This document shows positions 48,226 to 58,036 of a DNA stretch of 64,000 nt, one piece after another. The stretch covers positions 12,806 to 76,805 of the forward strand of contig JBHOSQ010000002.1 of assembly GCA_042584585.1 (NCBI GenBank), written 5' to 3'. Source of the DNA: an archaeon. Its GTDB lineage: Archaea > B1Sed10-29 > WALL01. Each line of letters opens with the position of its first letter. Within the stretch, counting starts at the first letter, position 1. The notes beneath the pieces were generated by a model that saw only the letters and a list, made by a program, of their open reading frames with translations, did not search any database and was not told where the DNA came from. The position numbers and the translations under genes are program-made.

Positions 48226-48987
48226 ATGGGTTTTATGGCAGAGAAGGAGCAAGTCGTGAAAATAGTCCAGACCCACCCCCAAAAGGTCGAGGGCTATACT
48301 TTGGTGGAGGGATTCCCAGGCATTGGCCTAATCGGCACGATTGCCGTGGGCTATTTGGCGGAAAAGCAGAAGACCGAGCCCGTCGGCTACATAATGTCCC
48401 GGCAGTTCCCCCCGATGGCGTCCATCCACAAGGGCGAGCCCCTTTTCCCCGCACGGATTTACGTCGACCACAAGCACAAGCTTGTGCTGTTGTTCTCCGA
48501 ATTCGTCGTGCCAGCGAGCACGGTCTATGACATCGCCGACCAAATAATCGCGTGGGCCCAGGAAAACAAAATCAAGCGGATTATTTCACTGGCGGGAATG
48601 ACTTCCCGGGAAAAGGCGGGCGAGTCCGAGATTTATGGGATTGCCTCGACCGATGGCATGATAAAAGACCTCGAGAAGCACAAAGTAAAGGTAATCACAG
48701 AAGGCGTGACGACCGGAGTGTCGGGAATACTCATGGCCAAGTGCAACGCCATCAAGTTCCCCGCGCTTAGCCTCTTGATTGAGACGGAGCACGGCTACCC
48801 AGACCCCGGTGCCGCGGCGGAGCTCTTGGAGCGGCTCGAAAAGTTCCTCGGCTACGACATAAAGACCGCGGACCTGTTGGGCGAGGCCAAGGAAATCGAG
48901 GGCAAGATGAAGAAAATGCTCACCCAAATCAAGCTCGGGAAGATGAAGTACCAAGAAGCGGAAGAAAAAACGCCTATGTACGGCTAA
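48226..48987 (+). CDS. PAC2-family archaeal proteasome assembly chaperone
   Basis: VEGFPGIGLIGTIA, FPP, PARIY, GVSGIL, YPDPGAAA; C-terminal MYG. TTTTTAAA about 20 nt upstream. Confidence 0.9.
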   Translation: MGFMAEKEQVVKIVQTHPQKVEGYTLVEGFPGIGLIGTIAVGYLAEKQKTEPVGYIMSRQFPPMASIHKGEPLFPARIYVDHKHKLVLLFSEFVVPASTVYDIADQIIAWAQENKIKRIISLAGMTSREKAGESEIYGIASTDGMIKDLEKHKVKVITEGVTTGVSGILMAKCNAIKFPALSLLIETEHGYPDPGAAAELLERLEKFLGYDIKTADLLGEAKEIEGKMKKMLTQIKLGKMKYQEAEEKTPMYG

Positions 48988-49022
48988 GGCTTCTGCAAAC
49001 CGATTTGGGAATCCACACTGAA

Positions 49023-49053
49023 CTAGGGGGATGCCAATTGGCATCCCCCCTAG
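49023..49053. repeat. Intergenic palindrome with a perfect 24-bp core
   Basis: GGGGGATGCCAATTGGCATCCCCC (49026-49049), extended by CTA...TAG with a one-base bulge. Confidence 0.85.
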
Positions 49054-49129
49054 GCCGGCGGCAATTGTCACTCCCTGCGTTCTCAGCCCCCCAGTAAGTA
49101 TTTTATACTTCCGAGGCTTAACTAGGCTC

Positions 49130-49666
49130 GTGAGGCTCCAGGACTACTACCGGCTAATGTCACCCAAGCTAACCGTGCTAGTCACAACCATTGACGAAAA
49201 AGGCAGGACCGACGTGTCCCCGTTTTCGTTCGTTTCGCCGGTCTCGTTCGAGCCCCCCCTCGTGATGCTTAGCGTGGGGCTGAACAAGCACTCTTACTGG
49301 GCAATGACCCGCGTCAAAGAGTTCGTGATTAATGTTCCGACCGAAAAAATCCTGGACAAGCTCTGGATTGCCGGCGGAAAATGGGACCCCAACGAGAGCA
49401 AGATAGACAAAGCGAAGCTGAAAACGGAGCCAGCCGAAAAAGTGAGGCCACCCCGGCTCTCGGAGTGCGTTGCGCACATCGAGTGCTACGAAGAGTTCTC
49501 GAAAAAGGCGGGGGACCACATCATGGTCGTCGGAAAAGTCGTCGCCGTGTCCGCGAACGAGGAATACCTCGACGAAAACAACAATCTGAAGGTTGATGAC
49601 GCCCGGCCGCCGCTGCATATAGCAGACAATTTGTTCGCTTTCCCGTATGTAACAAAAAGCTTGTGA
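49130..49666 (+). CDS. Flavin reductase-like FMN-binding protein
   Basis: P..TVLVTT...G..DVSPFSF...SFEPP, EFVINVP, PPRLSEC.AHIEC, GDH..VVGKV. Start at GTG 49130, about 22 nt after TTTTATAC (49101-49108). Confidence 0.88.
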   Translation: MRLQDYYRLMSPKLTVLVTTIDEKGRTDVSPFSFVSPVSFEPPLVMLSVGLNKHSYWAMTRVKEFVINVPTEKILDKLWIAGGKWDPNESKIDKAKLKTEPAEKVRPPRLSECVAHIECYEEFSKKAGDHIMVVGKVVAVSANEEYLDENNNLKVDDARPPLHIADNLFAFPYVTKSL

Positions 49667-49669
49667 AAA

Positions 49670-50593
49670 CTATTTCTTTAGGGCACTCACGAGGAGCGGC
49701 AGCAGTATTGTCGCGTCGCCCTCGACAGTGACGTACTTGGCGTCTTCCTTTACCTTGCCCCACGAGACTGCCTCGCGGACCCTGGCGCCGGAAAGCGAGC
49801 CGTCCCACTCCGCCGCAGTCGTCATGCCAATCGCGTAATCCAAGCCCCCGCGGAACTGGTTCCACCAAATCACGTGGTGCTTGCTGATGCCGCCGCCAAC
49901 CATCAAGGCACCGGTGTTCTTCGCATCGAAGACTATTTCGCTAAGTGCCTGCTCGTCCTCGAACAGGTTTACCTTGAAGTCCTTGTGGCTGTCCTGCCAG
50001 TACATCCAAAGCTGTGAGCCCCACGCGCCGTCCATCGGGCCCGGCAGGAAAACCGGGACCTTGTTTTTCCACGCCCAGTACGCAATGGACTCTTCCGCCT
50101 TTTCCTCGTCCTTGATTGCCTCGCCAAAGGCCCAGACCAGGTCGCGCGTGGACCACTCGGATTTCTTTTTGTGCAGCTTCGGGAGGATTTCCTGCATTTT
50201 CTGCTCCAGAATAACGCCGTATGAATCGTTGGGGACGAAGACGTTCCCAAGCCGGTTAATGCCCTTCTTGTACAGCTCGGCGTCGTCCGCCTGGAAAGAG
50301 CCGTGGTAGTAATCCCTCCACAAGCGCGCGAGGTCATGGTCCATCGTGCCACACGTCGTTATGACGACGTCTGCCATTTTTTCCTTTACCATCTCCTTGA
50401 TGATGCCGCGCGTCCCGGTGGCGATAATGCACGCGGGAAACGACAAGAACTTTGTGCAGTCCCCGTCGAGCATGCGCTTGTAAATGTCCGTGGCTACCCC
50501 CAACTTTTTTGCCGTGAAGCCACCGGAGCCAAGGTACTGGCTCATCAGCTCTTCGACGCTTTCAGTTGCATGAATATCCCTAACAGGTTCCAT
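49670..50593 (-). CDS. dys: Deoxyhypusine synthase
   Basis: GGFTA, ATGTRG, TTCGTMDHD, INRLGNVFVP, GGGISKHH, DGSLSGARVREAVSWGKV, EGDAT. Start at ATG 50593. Confidence 0.95.
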   Translation of the reverse strand: MEPVRDIHATESVEELMSQYLGSGGFTAKKLGVATDIYKRMLDGDCTKFLSFPACIIATGTRGIIKEMVKEKMADVVITTCGTMDHDLARLWRDYYHGSFQADDAELYKKGINRLGNVFVPNDSYGVILEQKMQEILPKLHKKKSEWSTRDLVWAFGEAIKDEEKAEESIAYWAWKNKVPVFLPGPMDGAWGSQLWMYWQDSHKDFKVNLFEDEQALSEIVFDAKNTGALMVGGGISKHHVIWWNQFRGGLDYAIGMTTAAEWDGSLSGARVREAVSWGKVKEDAKYVTVEGDATILLPLLVSALKK

Positions 50594-50606
50594 AGAAAAA
50601 CACCCC

Positions 50607-53600
50607 TTAAGTCTTGCGGTAAATGAAGTACATTCCCGCGAACAAGAAAAGCAGGTACATGAACAGCTCGGCACCCTCGCCGCGGAGCGGAACCGCCGGC
50701 GGGGTGATGTCCTCGCCCTCGTATTCCCTGACTTCGCTGCGCACGCTGCTCGGCTGCAGCAGCGGCGGGTCAGTGCGGCCGGTGATTGGGTTGAAGCCGT
50801 TGAGCTTGAAGTCGTTGTTCAGCTCGACCGGCTGGCCGTTCACGAATATGTAGTTGTTGTTGTCCGCGTCGTAGCGGATGGCGCCGCCGGTCCCCTTCAG
50901 ATAAGTGACGAGCGCTTCCTCGAGCAATATGTTGCCTTTGCCGTCGTTTATCGTCAAAAGCGTCCGGCCAAGCGAGTCTACCTTGGTCTGGATTTCGCGG
51001 AGCAGGTTGGCCTCGACGTGTGGCTGGTCCTTCTCGTACACCAGTATGTCGCCGGTCGCCTCGTCAATCTCGACTTGGTCCGCGTCGTAAATCTCTTTTT
51101 CCCCGTTGTAGAACAACTCGAACTTGGTCTCGTTGTCCTCGTCGGTGAAGAACCTCCAGCCCGCCTTCTCCTCGTCCTGGACCTCTCCGTCTCCGTTCAT
51201 GTCCTTCCACGCGTCCAGCCTCGTGATGGTGCCGAGCTTGTCGCCGCCCGGAACCCCCGCGACCGCCGCGTTAAGCCCGAGCAAGTTGTTCTGTGCGTCA
51301 AACACTTCCAATTGCTCGCCGGTAACGCTGCGCAAAGGCACGCCCTGAGTGTAGTCAAGCCACTGCTTGCCACTCATGGTCGGCATGAAGTACTTGGGGA
51401 GAATGTAAATCTTGTCGCCCTTCTTGATTATCGAGCCGCCGGTGAACACCGCGGACTCGAAGCCAAGTGTCTCGTCGTTGAACAAGACGTTCGCTGTGGC
51501 GGTGACGGTGGCGTCTTCCTCGCTGAAGCCGAACGAGCCGTCGGGCCGGTCGTGCTCGAAGCGGAAGTCGCCGTTGTAGTCCACGCTCGGGTAGATGGAG
51601 CCGCCGTCCGTGTTGATTACGCGGAGCGTGCCCATCATCCTTGCGACTTCGTCAAAGCCTTCTTCCTCGAACTTTGTGACGACGTCCTGGTTGATTGTGA
51701 GGCGTGTCCCGGTCTTGTCCACCGAGAACAGCATGCAATCAGTTGCCGCTGGCGTGTTCACCGCAATCGCGGTGTTGGGAATCACTAGTGCGGGGAGCTC
51801 GGTGTCCATCCACTTGAACGGCACCAACTCGTCCGTGACGATTGTCCTGCCGCCGACCGTGACCGACTCGCCCTGGATGTTGAGGCATGTTTCTTCCATT
51901 GGGTTGCCAGCGTCGTCAAGGCTACACAGGTTAATCGGTAGGTTGCCCTCGAGCCACTGGACTGAGACGTCCTGCAGGTGCGCGTAGTACACCTCATCCA
52001 TCGCTATTCGGCCGGACGCGTCGTATCCCTCGGTGTGGACGTTGAGCTGCTGCTGCGAGAACTCTTCCAGCGGGTTGGTGACGTCGCCGAGGCCGCTGGC
52101 GTCAAGGAAGTCGCCGACGGGCAGGTTCTCTAGGCCGGGCAGGGACTTCAGTTGCTCTGCCTGCTGCTGCTCCGCAATCATGACCGGGTCGCTGTAGGAC
52201 GCGGCGCCAATAATCGTGAAAGTGTGTTCCTGGCACGTGCCCAAGTCGCGGAGGCACGCCTCGCGGAGCTGGATTTTGTAAATCGCGAGCGCGACGTCTG
52301 CAAGCACTATTACCGCGCCGGCGGGACCAGCCAAGCCCATGGATGCAATCGCAACGTCGGCTACTGCAGTGCCGACCATTCCAGTGCTGCCCATTCCTTC
52401 CTGGTTGAGGCAGCTGCTCAGGACCGTGGCGCAGTTTTTTCTCTCGTCGCACGTGAAATCAGGGTTGTCGGACTCGCCTGTACGCACACATTGGGAAAGG
52501 TCCTCCATGTCGGTGTACTGCGCGGTCACGAACGCCTCACCCGCGAGGAGTGAGCTCTTCGTCGTTAGGAATAAGCCGAGCGGTGCGCCAAGTACGCTCG
52601 CACCGAGCCCAAGGCCGCCGAGCGTCCCGCGGGTGAAGAACAGTGAATAAGAAGATGACGCAAGGAGCATGTTGGTGAACACGCCCCAGTTCCCTATCTT
52701 CTTAATGAAAGAGTCGAACTGCGTGAAGACTCCGCCCGGCAGGTTTTGCTCGTCCTCGTACATGTGGCCGTACAAGTCAATCTTGTTGGTCCACATGCCC
52801 ATTGCGGTTACGAGATTGTTTTCGCCGCCTTTTTTGTGCATGGTGCGGACGTCTTCGACCGCTGAGTAGACGTGGTCATCCCACTCGCGGATGTGCATGA
52901 TGTAATGGTCGCCTTTCTGCTCGATGTGGGTGGTGCCGGTCGGGTTTTCTTCGACTACTTCGATTACTCCACCACTGGGCGGGTACATTATCCCGCCGAA
53001 CACGAGGACGTCGCCGAGCAGGTTTGCCTTCGAGACGAGGGGCTCCATGTTTTCGTTTACTTGTCCAAGCACGCCGAAGAAAATGGCGCCGAGCTCGCCG
53101 CCCGTGTAAGATGACAACAAGCCTTTGACGAGGCTGTTCTGGGCGAGGAGCACGATGACTGAGTCGTCTTGGTAGTACTCGCCGATTTCGTCTTTGTTGT
53201 AGCGGAGGGTCAGGCCCGCGCCGCTGAGCTCGAAGAAGCCCTGGCGGAAGAACAAGTCGTTGACCGAGTGCAGGCCGCGCGCGACCATGACCGCGAGCGT
53301 ACCTGGGCTCGTGTAAATAGCTATGGCGAGGCGGTTAAGCGAGTTTACTGCAACCTGAACGCCAATGCTTCCACCTGACCTAGCTGCACTTTCTGCTGCG
53401 TCAGGGAACACTTCCTTGAAAATGGCTGAGGGTGAGCCACTCGTAACAGCGGTGCCAAACCGCCTCAGGCCGCCTGCAGCCCTCTGCCCGACAATTCCAT
53501 CGAGGAGCGCGATGCCGGCGTCCTGTTCGCCCATTAACTCTTTGGCAAGATCCTCATAGCCCAGGGGCGATAAGACTTCTTGTCCACCCTGACGAAACAT

Positions 53601-55265
53601 ATTCTTTTCATTACGGAGGTAAAAGTCAAAGTCGTCTCCCCATCTTGTTTGTCTCTCATCTACTGGCAGGCGCAAGTAGCCTTCGTAAAGCTCGTCCCGC
53701 CTTTTCAGCCAGTCTTCTGCCTTGGCTACCTTCCCCTCCATCATATAGTCCAAGTCAACTGTTGCAACGCCCCGTTCCATCTTAGCGACGAGGCCTTGCC
53801 CCGAGACAGCCGACTGGATATCCCCGCTCTTCATGGCTCTACCCAAGTCGTCGTATTGCTTGAACAACTCTTTTCCGGTATCTGCGTCTATAATATTCTT
53901 TTCGTACTTGGCGAGCTGCCCTTGGTAGGTGGCTATATCGTCATAAGAATGCAGCCCAGCGGGGAAATTATTATTCAAATAATTAAGCAGCCGCTGGTTT
54001 TGGGCAAGTTCTGAAACTCCCCCATCACCCAGCCCATTCAACCGATACAATTCTTGAGCCATTTCAGGGTCATTAACAAACTCCTGGATGAAGTTCAGAT
54101 TAGTGTAGTAATTGTAGTCCGTCATCATCCCCTTACTGATGGGAACCTCATCAATGTTCTGAAGGGCCTTGGCCCTCAACACATCCATCTGTTTTATGCC
54201 TTGCTCCCCTCGCGTCGAAAACAATTCTCCTAGTGCCTCCAATTGCTTTGGATCTTTTGGATCCAGACTCGCAACGTCGTCTGCGAAACCCCCATGCGTC
54301 TTCGCCAAACTGCGCAGGTCAGTCATAGCCAAGGAATCGTCCATCATCTTGCCGGCGCTTCCCCTGCTGGTGGCGACATCCCTAATCCACTGGAAAAACC
54401 CTTTTCGTTGGTTGGCGTTCGCTCCTTTTTTCAAGTGTTTTGCAGTTTTGAACGATGCAGCCGCGCCAACAACGCCGACCACTAAGTCGACCATGTCCAG
54501 CTTTTTCATGGCAGCCGTGTAAATCACGAGTGCCTGTGGAAGAATGAAAACAGTCGAGCCGGGGCCGCTCGTGGCCATGCTCGTCGTGAACTCCGTCATG
54601 CGGATTCGGGATTGGCCAAGGTCCAAAACATCCGCAGGCGCGAGCTCGCCGATTCCCTCAAGGCTCACGAAGAAAGACATTAAGTCGGCCTTCGTCTTCG
54701 CCTTCTCAAGCTCCGCGATGTAAGCATCGCGCTTGTCCAAGTCGCCCTTAGCCACGCACACATTCTCGGTCACGTTCGACGGGCTCTTCCCGCACATCGC
54801 AAGGTTTTCCCGGAGGTGGCCGCCGTACTCGATTCTTCCGGTGATTTCGGTGCCAATCAAGTAGCCGTTGTCCGGGCGCATTAAATCATCGAGAACCTCG
54901 TAGTAAAACACGGCGCCGTCAGGCCCCATGAAATAAAAGTTGTAGTTGTCGAGCAATTTCGAGCGGTCCGTGCGGGTGTCGACGCCCAATTCCTCGAGCG
55001 CGGACTGGCGGCGGTACTCTTCCGCAGAAGTCGCGACGTCCTGCGTCACAATCCCCTGCAAGGCAGTCGCCTGACGGTAGTCAAGCTCCACAACCTCAAG
55101 GGCGGAATCAACCGCACACGTGCTGCCAGGCTCGGAAATTAGCTCAGGCTCACCAGAAATTAGCTCGATTTCTTCCTCGCCGTTCTCCTGCGCCATAACG
55201 CCGAACGGCGTGAACAGCGAGAACAATAGGAGGGACAAAATGAATACAGCAGACGCCCTATCCAT
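50607..55265 (-). CDS. Large (1552 aa) secreted/membrane protein of unknown function with a C-terminal sorting-signal-like tail
   Basis: Signal peptide; internal Gly/Ala-rich hydrophobic helices; C-terminus PPAVPLRGEGAE-LFMYLLFLFAGMYFIY-RKT. TATA-like box about 25 nt upstream. Confidence 0.8.
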   Translation of the reverse strand: MDRASAVFILSLLLFSLFTPFGVMAQENGEEEIELISGEPELISEPGSTCAVDSALEVVELDYRQATALQGIVTQDVATSAEEYRRQSALEELGVDTRTDRSKLLDNYNFYFMGPDGAVFYYEVLDDLMRPDNGYLIGTEITGRIEYGGHLRENLAMCGKSPSNVTENVCVAKGDLDKRDAYIAELEKAKTKADLMSFFVSLEGIGELAPADVLDLGQSRIRMTEFTTSMATSGPGSTVFILPQALVIYTAAMKKLDMVDLVVGVVGAAASFKTAKHLKKGANANQRKGFFQWIRDVATSRGSAGKMMDDSLAMTDLRSLAKTHGGFADDVASLDPKDPKQLEALGELFSTRGEQGIKQMDVLRAKALQNIDEVPISKGMMTDYNYYTNLNFIQEFVNDPEMAQELYRLNGLGDGGVSELAQNQRLLNYLNNNFPAGLHSYDDIATYQGQLAKYEKNIIDADTGKELFKQYDDLGRAMKSGDIQSAVSGQGLVAKMERGVATVDLDYMMEGKVAKAEDWLKRRDELYEGYLRLPVDERQTRWGDDFDFYLRNEKNMFRQGGQEVLSPLGYEDLAKELMGEQDAGIALLDGIVGQRAAGGLRRFGTAVTSGSPSAIFKEVFPDAAESAARSGGSIGVQVAVNSLNRLAIAIYTSPGTLAVMVARGLHSVNDLFFRQGFFELSGAGLTLRYNKDEIGEYYQDDSVIVLLAQNSLVKGLLSSYTGGELGAIFFGVLGQVNENMEPLVSKANLLGDVLVFGGIMYPPSGGVIEVVEENPTGTTHIEQKGDHYIMHIREWDDHVYSAVEDVRTMHKKGGENNLVTAMGMWTNKIDLYGHMYEDEQNLPGGVFTQFDSFIKKIGNWGVFTNMLLASSSYSLFFTRGTLGGLGLGASVLGAPLGLFLTTKSSLLAGEAFVTAQYTDMEDLSQCVRTGESDNPDFTCDERKNCATVLSSCLNQEGMGSTGMVGTAVADVAIASMGLAGPAGAVIVLADVALAIYKIQLREACLRDLGTCQEHTFTIIGAASYSDPVMIAEQQQAEQLKSLPGLENLPVGDFLDASGLGDVTNPLEEFSQQQLNVHTEGYDASGRIAMDEVYYAHLQDVSVQWLEGNLPINLCSLDDAGNPMEETCLNIQGESVTVGGRTIVTDELVPFKWMDTELPALVIPNTAIAVNTPAATDCMLFSVDKTGTRLTINQDVVTKFEEEGFDEVARMMGTLRVINTDGGSIYPSVDYNGDFRFEHDRPDGSFGFSEEDATVTATANVLFNDETLGFESAVFTGGSIIKKGDKIYILPKYFMPTMSGKQWLDYTQGVPLRSVTGEQLEVFDAQNNLLGLNAAVAGVPGGDKLGTITRLDAWKDMNGDGEVQDEEKAGWRFFTDEDNETKFELFYNGEKEIYDADQVEIDEATGDILVYEKDQPHVEANLLREIQTKVDSLGRTLLTINDGKGNILLEEALVTYLKGTGGAIRYDADNNNYIFVNGQPVELNNDFKLNGFNPITGRTDPPLLQPSSVRSEVREYEGEDITPPAVPLRGEGAELFMYLLFLFAGMYFIYRKT

Positions 55266-55318
55266 ACTATGTTTATACCATTAAAGAGTATATAAAGGTC
55301 GCGTCTTCTCCGTCAGCG

Positions 55319-55747
55319 CTAGAGCAGCGCAAAGACCTGGAACACAAACACCATGAAATACCAGAAGACTAAGGACGCCAAAAGCGACAGGAAGTAAATC
55401 ATGAGGTGCCACGGCAGCACCGGCCACTTCTCCATGATTTTGCGGTAGACCATTGCCATTGGCATCACGAAGACGACAAAGGTATAGGTCGCGGGCTCGA
55501 AAAAAGTCAGGATGGGAATAGCCGTCCCGTACCAGAAGGCGATGACGGTTTGTGCCAGAAGGAAATACGCCTCTGTCGCGAGAAACGCGGAAAAGTACCA
55601 CGGCTTCAGGTTCTTGAGCGCGAGCTTCGCCGCAACCGCCGCGGCAAACGCCACGAGCGACGAAAGAAACGCGATTATGAGCGTCGCTTGGTAGTCGCCG
55701 TACAGGAGCGGCAGCCTCAAAAACGTGAAATAAATCTCGAGCAGCAT
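55319..55747 (-). CDS. Small multi-pass membrane protein, unknown function
   Basis: About four hydrophobic segments; start placed at ATG 55747. Confidence 0.65.
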   Translation of the reverse strand: MLLEIYFTFLRLPLLYGDYQATLIIAFLSSLVAFAAAVAAKLALKNLKPWYFSAFLATEAYFLLAQTVIAFWYGTAIPILTFFEPATYTFVVFVMPMAMVYRKIMEKWPVLPWHLMIYFLSLLASLVFWYFMVFVFQVFALL

Positions 55748-55767
55748 TCGGTTACACCATACGCGCT

Positions 55768-56313
55768 TCAGTAATAAATCTTTATGTCCATCACGCACCG
55801 GAAAGTGCCGCACGTCTTGTGCTCGATGGGCGAAGAGTAATACGAAAACTTGTAAAAGTTGATTGTGCCGTCAGGGTTCCGGAGGCGCGACAGCAAGTTG
55901 CCGCAGTCCAGGTAAATCGGGTTTTCCGTGTCGCCGACGCGCACGCCGTCGGACTCGCTGTACAAAGTGAGCAAAAGCGGCGTGGGGGACTGCTCGCAAA
56001 GCTCCTCCCACTGCGAGTTAAGCAGTGCATAGCGGCCGCTAGTGCTGTTGAAGTCACCGCGCATGTACGACCCCATTTCGTTCAGCCACGGCTTCAGCAC
56101 CGCCCCTCCGCCAATGTCGTATTCGTACTCCAGGTTGCTCAATGCCACGACAGAGCTGCCGACGTAGTCAGAAAAGTAAATGTAGCGGTAGGCCTCGAAG
56201 CTCTTGTTGCCGTAGACAGAGCCCGCCCACAAAAGCACGGCCGCCGCGAGCCCGCAAATCATCAGGAAAAAAATCGCGTCGAAGACCATTGCCTGGCCCC
56301 TCTTCATGTCCAC
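55768..56313 (-). CDS. Prepilin-like protein
   Basis: KRG|QAMVFDAIFFLMICGLAAAVLLW. Confidence 0.75.
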   Translation of the reverse strand: MDMKRGQAMVFDAIFFLMICGLAAAVLLWAGSVYGNKSFEAYRYIYFSDYVGSSVVALSNLEYEYDIGGGAVLKPWLNEMGSYMRGDFNSTSGRYALLNSQWEELCEQSPTPLLLTLYSESDGVRVGDTENPIYLDCGNLLSRLRNPDGTINFYKFSYYSSPIEHKTCGTFRCVMDIKIYY

Positions 56314-56855
56314 GTCGTCACCACCAGAGTCGCCAGCTCGTTGCCGGTCTCGGCCTCAATCAAAACAGGGTACACGAGGGAGATAAAGAAGTCTGTTTCG
56401 TATGGGATGGAGTCGCCGTATTCGTCCTCGGTGTCGACGCACGGGTTTTCGTAAAGCCGGTCGTTGAACGGCGACGAAGTCAAGCGCGGGATGAACTCAA
56501 TTGTTTCCACCGGGACGCCGGGGTCGTGCTTCTTCAGCTCCAGCTTCGCGCGCACCCCATAGTTCGCCTTGGTGCGGTCCACCAGCGCGCACATCCCCGA
56601 GGTGTCGTCGCCCCAATACTCTTTCGAGAACACCAATTGCGAGCGCGCCGCCTTTGCCAGCGCGACGTTCGCCTCTATCAAAAGCGCGGCGTTTCGCTTC
56701 TCGGTATAATAGTCGTACGTCAAAGTGATTGCCGAAAAAAACAGCATCAATCCAAGGGCAATCGGGAAAATCGCGGGGAAGTCGTCGCCCAACGGCCCGA
56801 GGTATCCCCTAGATGCAGTTGGAATTATCTTCCCACCCCCCATAGCAGCACTCAC
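56304..56855 (-). CDS. Prepilin-like protein
   Basis: SRG|YLGPLGDDFPAIFPIALGLMLFFSAI; start uncertain (56855 or 56843). Confidence 0.65.
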   Translation of the reverse strand: MSAAMGGGKIIPTASRGYLGPLGDDFPAIFPIALGLMLFFSAITLTYDYYTEKRNAALLIEANVALAKAARSQLVFSKEYWGDDTSGMCALVDRTKANYGVRAKLELKKHDPGVPVETIEFIPRLTSSPFNDRLYENPCVDTEDEYGDSIPYETDFFISLVYPVLIEAETGNELATLVVTTWT

Positions 56856-57441
56856 CCAGCCGCTCTACAGAAGCCTCGACGGGCACGCCTTCCTTGACAG
56901 TGCCCACGCAAAACACGGTGTTGTTCCGCGAGAATATGATTGTGTCGTCCCGGCCGGAATTCACTGACGGCGAGACGATGAGCGTGTCGCTGGGAAACGC
57001 TTCCCTGAAGCCGACTTCGCCGTCCCTGCCCTCGAACAAAAGGATTTCGCCGTTCGGGTCGTCCGAAATGTCGAAGGGCATGCTTACTGCTGTGGCTGCA
57101 ACAATGCCGTCTTCCGTCATTTCGTCCTCGGTCTCGTGCAGTCCCCACGCCAGAAAAATCGCGACCCGCTCGTTGGACACGCGCTTGACCATCACGGTGT
57201 AGGGGCGCGACGCTTCCCTCACCTCCATGAGCCTCGACAAGTAGACACTGTCGGTGCTGGCCCGGTAAAGCAACGCGCCGTTCGCGACCTCGCCCCACAA
57301 AAGCGTGTGGCTGCGCGCGGTGTCAGAAATTATTTTTTCGCTGTAGACCCGCATGAACAAAGTGAGCACAAGCACGAGCGAGAATAAGAAAATCAGCATT
57401 ACCATCTTGCTCATTATCCACATTCCCAAGCCGCGCTTCAC
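56809..57441 (-). CDS. Prepilin-like protein
   Basis: MKRG|LGMWIMSKMVMLIFLFSLVLVL; SD GAGGTG upstream. Confidence 0.7.
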   Translation of the reverse strand: MKRGLGMWIMSKMVMLIFLFSLVLVLTLFMRVYSEKIISDTARSHTLLWGEVANGALLYRASTDSVYLSRLMEVREASRPYTVMVKRVSNERVAIFLAWGLHETEDEMTEDGIVAATAVSMPFDISDDPNGEILLFEGRDGEVGFREAFPSDTLIVSPSVNSGRDDTIIFSRNNTVFCVGTVKEGVPVEASVERLGECCYGGWEDNSNCI

Positions 57442-57453
57442 TCAAAAACCACC

Positions 57454-58005
57454 TCAGTTCGGGACCTTGCACATGAAAACTTTGTAGCCCTCTTTTATCA
57501 ACGCAATCTGGTAATAGCCCGGGATAAGCATGGTACCCCCCGCGGCAATGTCCTCGTAGTCGTACCTAAAACACTCGTCGGTGATGAACTCCATGTTCAC
57601 CGGAATCCGCACGCACACCGGCGACGTCGCCTGGGCCAAGCCCAGCGATTCCCCAGTGTATGGATCCTTGTCCTCATACACTCCTTCGAGTAGCATACAA
57701 TTTGGATCATGGCAAATTTGTTGGCATGCGTCGCGGCCTTGCGGCGTCAGCGTGAAGTTGTCGACCCTCAATCCCGGGCACGAGTAAAGCGCCAGGTCGA
57801 CCGCCACTATGCGCTTTGTGCCCCCCAGTGTCGACGAAAGCTCGATGTCGCGCGCGAAGCCCTGCATGTTGTTCTGCACCCTCTGCTCGCACTCCCACGA
57901 CTGGAAAGAGTCAAACAAAAACGCGGCCACGGGGATGACCATCGCCATCATTGCGACCGCAAGCAAAAGCGAAAACGGGGCCTCTTCTTGTCCACGACTA
58001 GCCAT
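57454..58005 (-). CDS. Prepilin-like protein, Cys-rich
   Basis: SRG|QEEAPFSLLLAVAMMAMVIPVAAFLF; 8 Cys in the globular part. Confidence 0.72.
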   Translation of the reverse strand: MASRGQEEAPFSLLLAVAMMAMVIPVAAFLFDSFQSWECEQRVQNNMQGFARDIELSSTLGGTKRIVAVDLALYSCPGLRVDNFTLTPQGRDACQQICHDPNCMLLEGVYEDKDPYTGESLGLAQATSPVCVRIPVNMEFITDECFRYDYEDIAAGGTMLIPGYYQIALIKEGYKVFMCKVPN

Positions 58006-58036
58006 AACAAAAACAAAGAAAGAGTTGTTTAAATTC

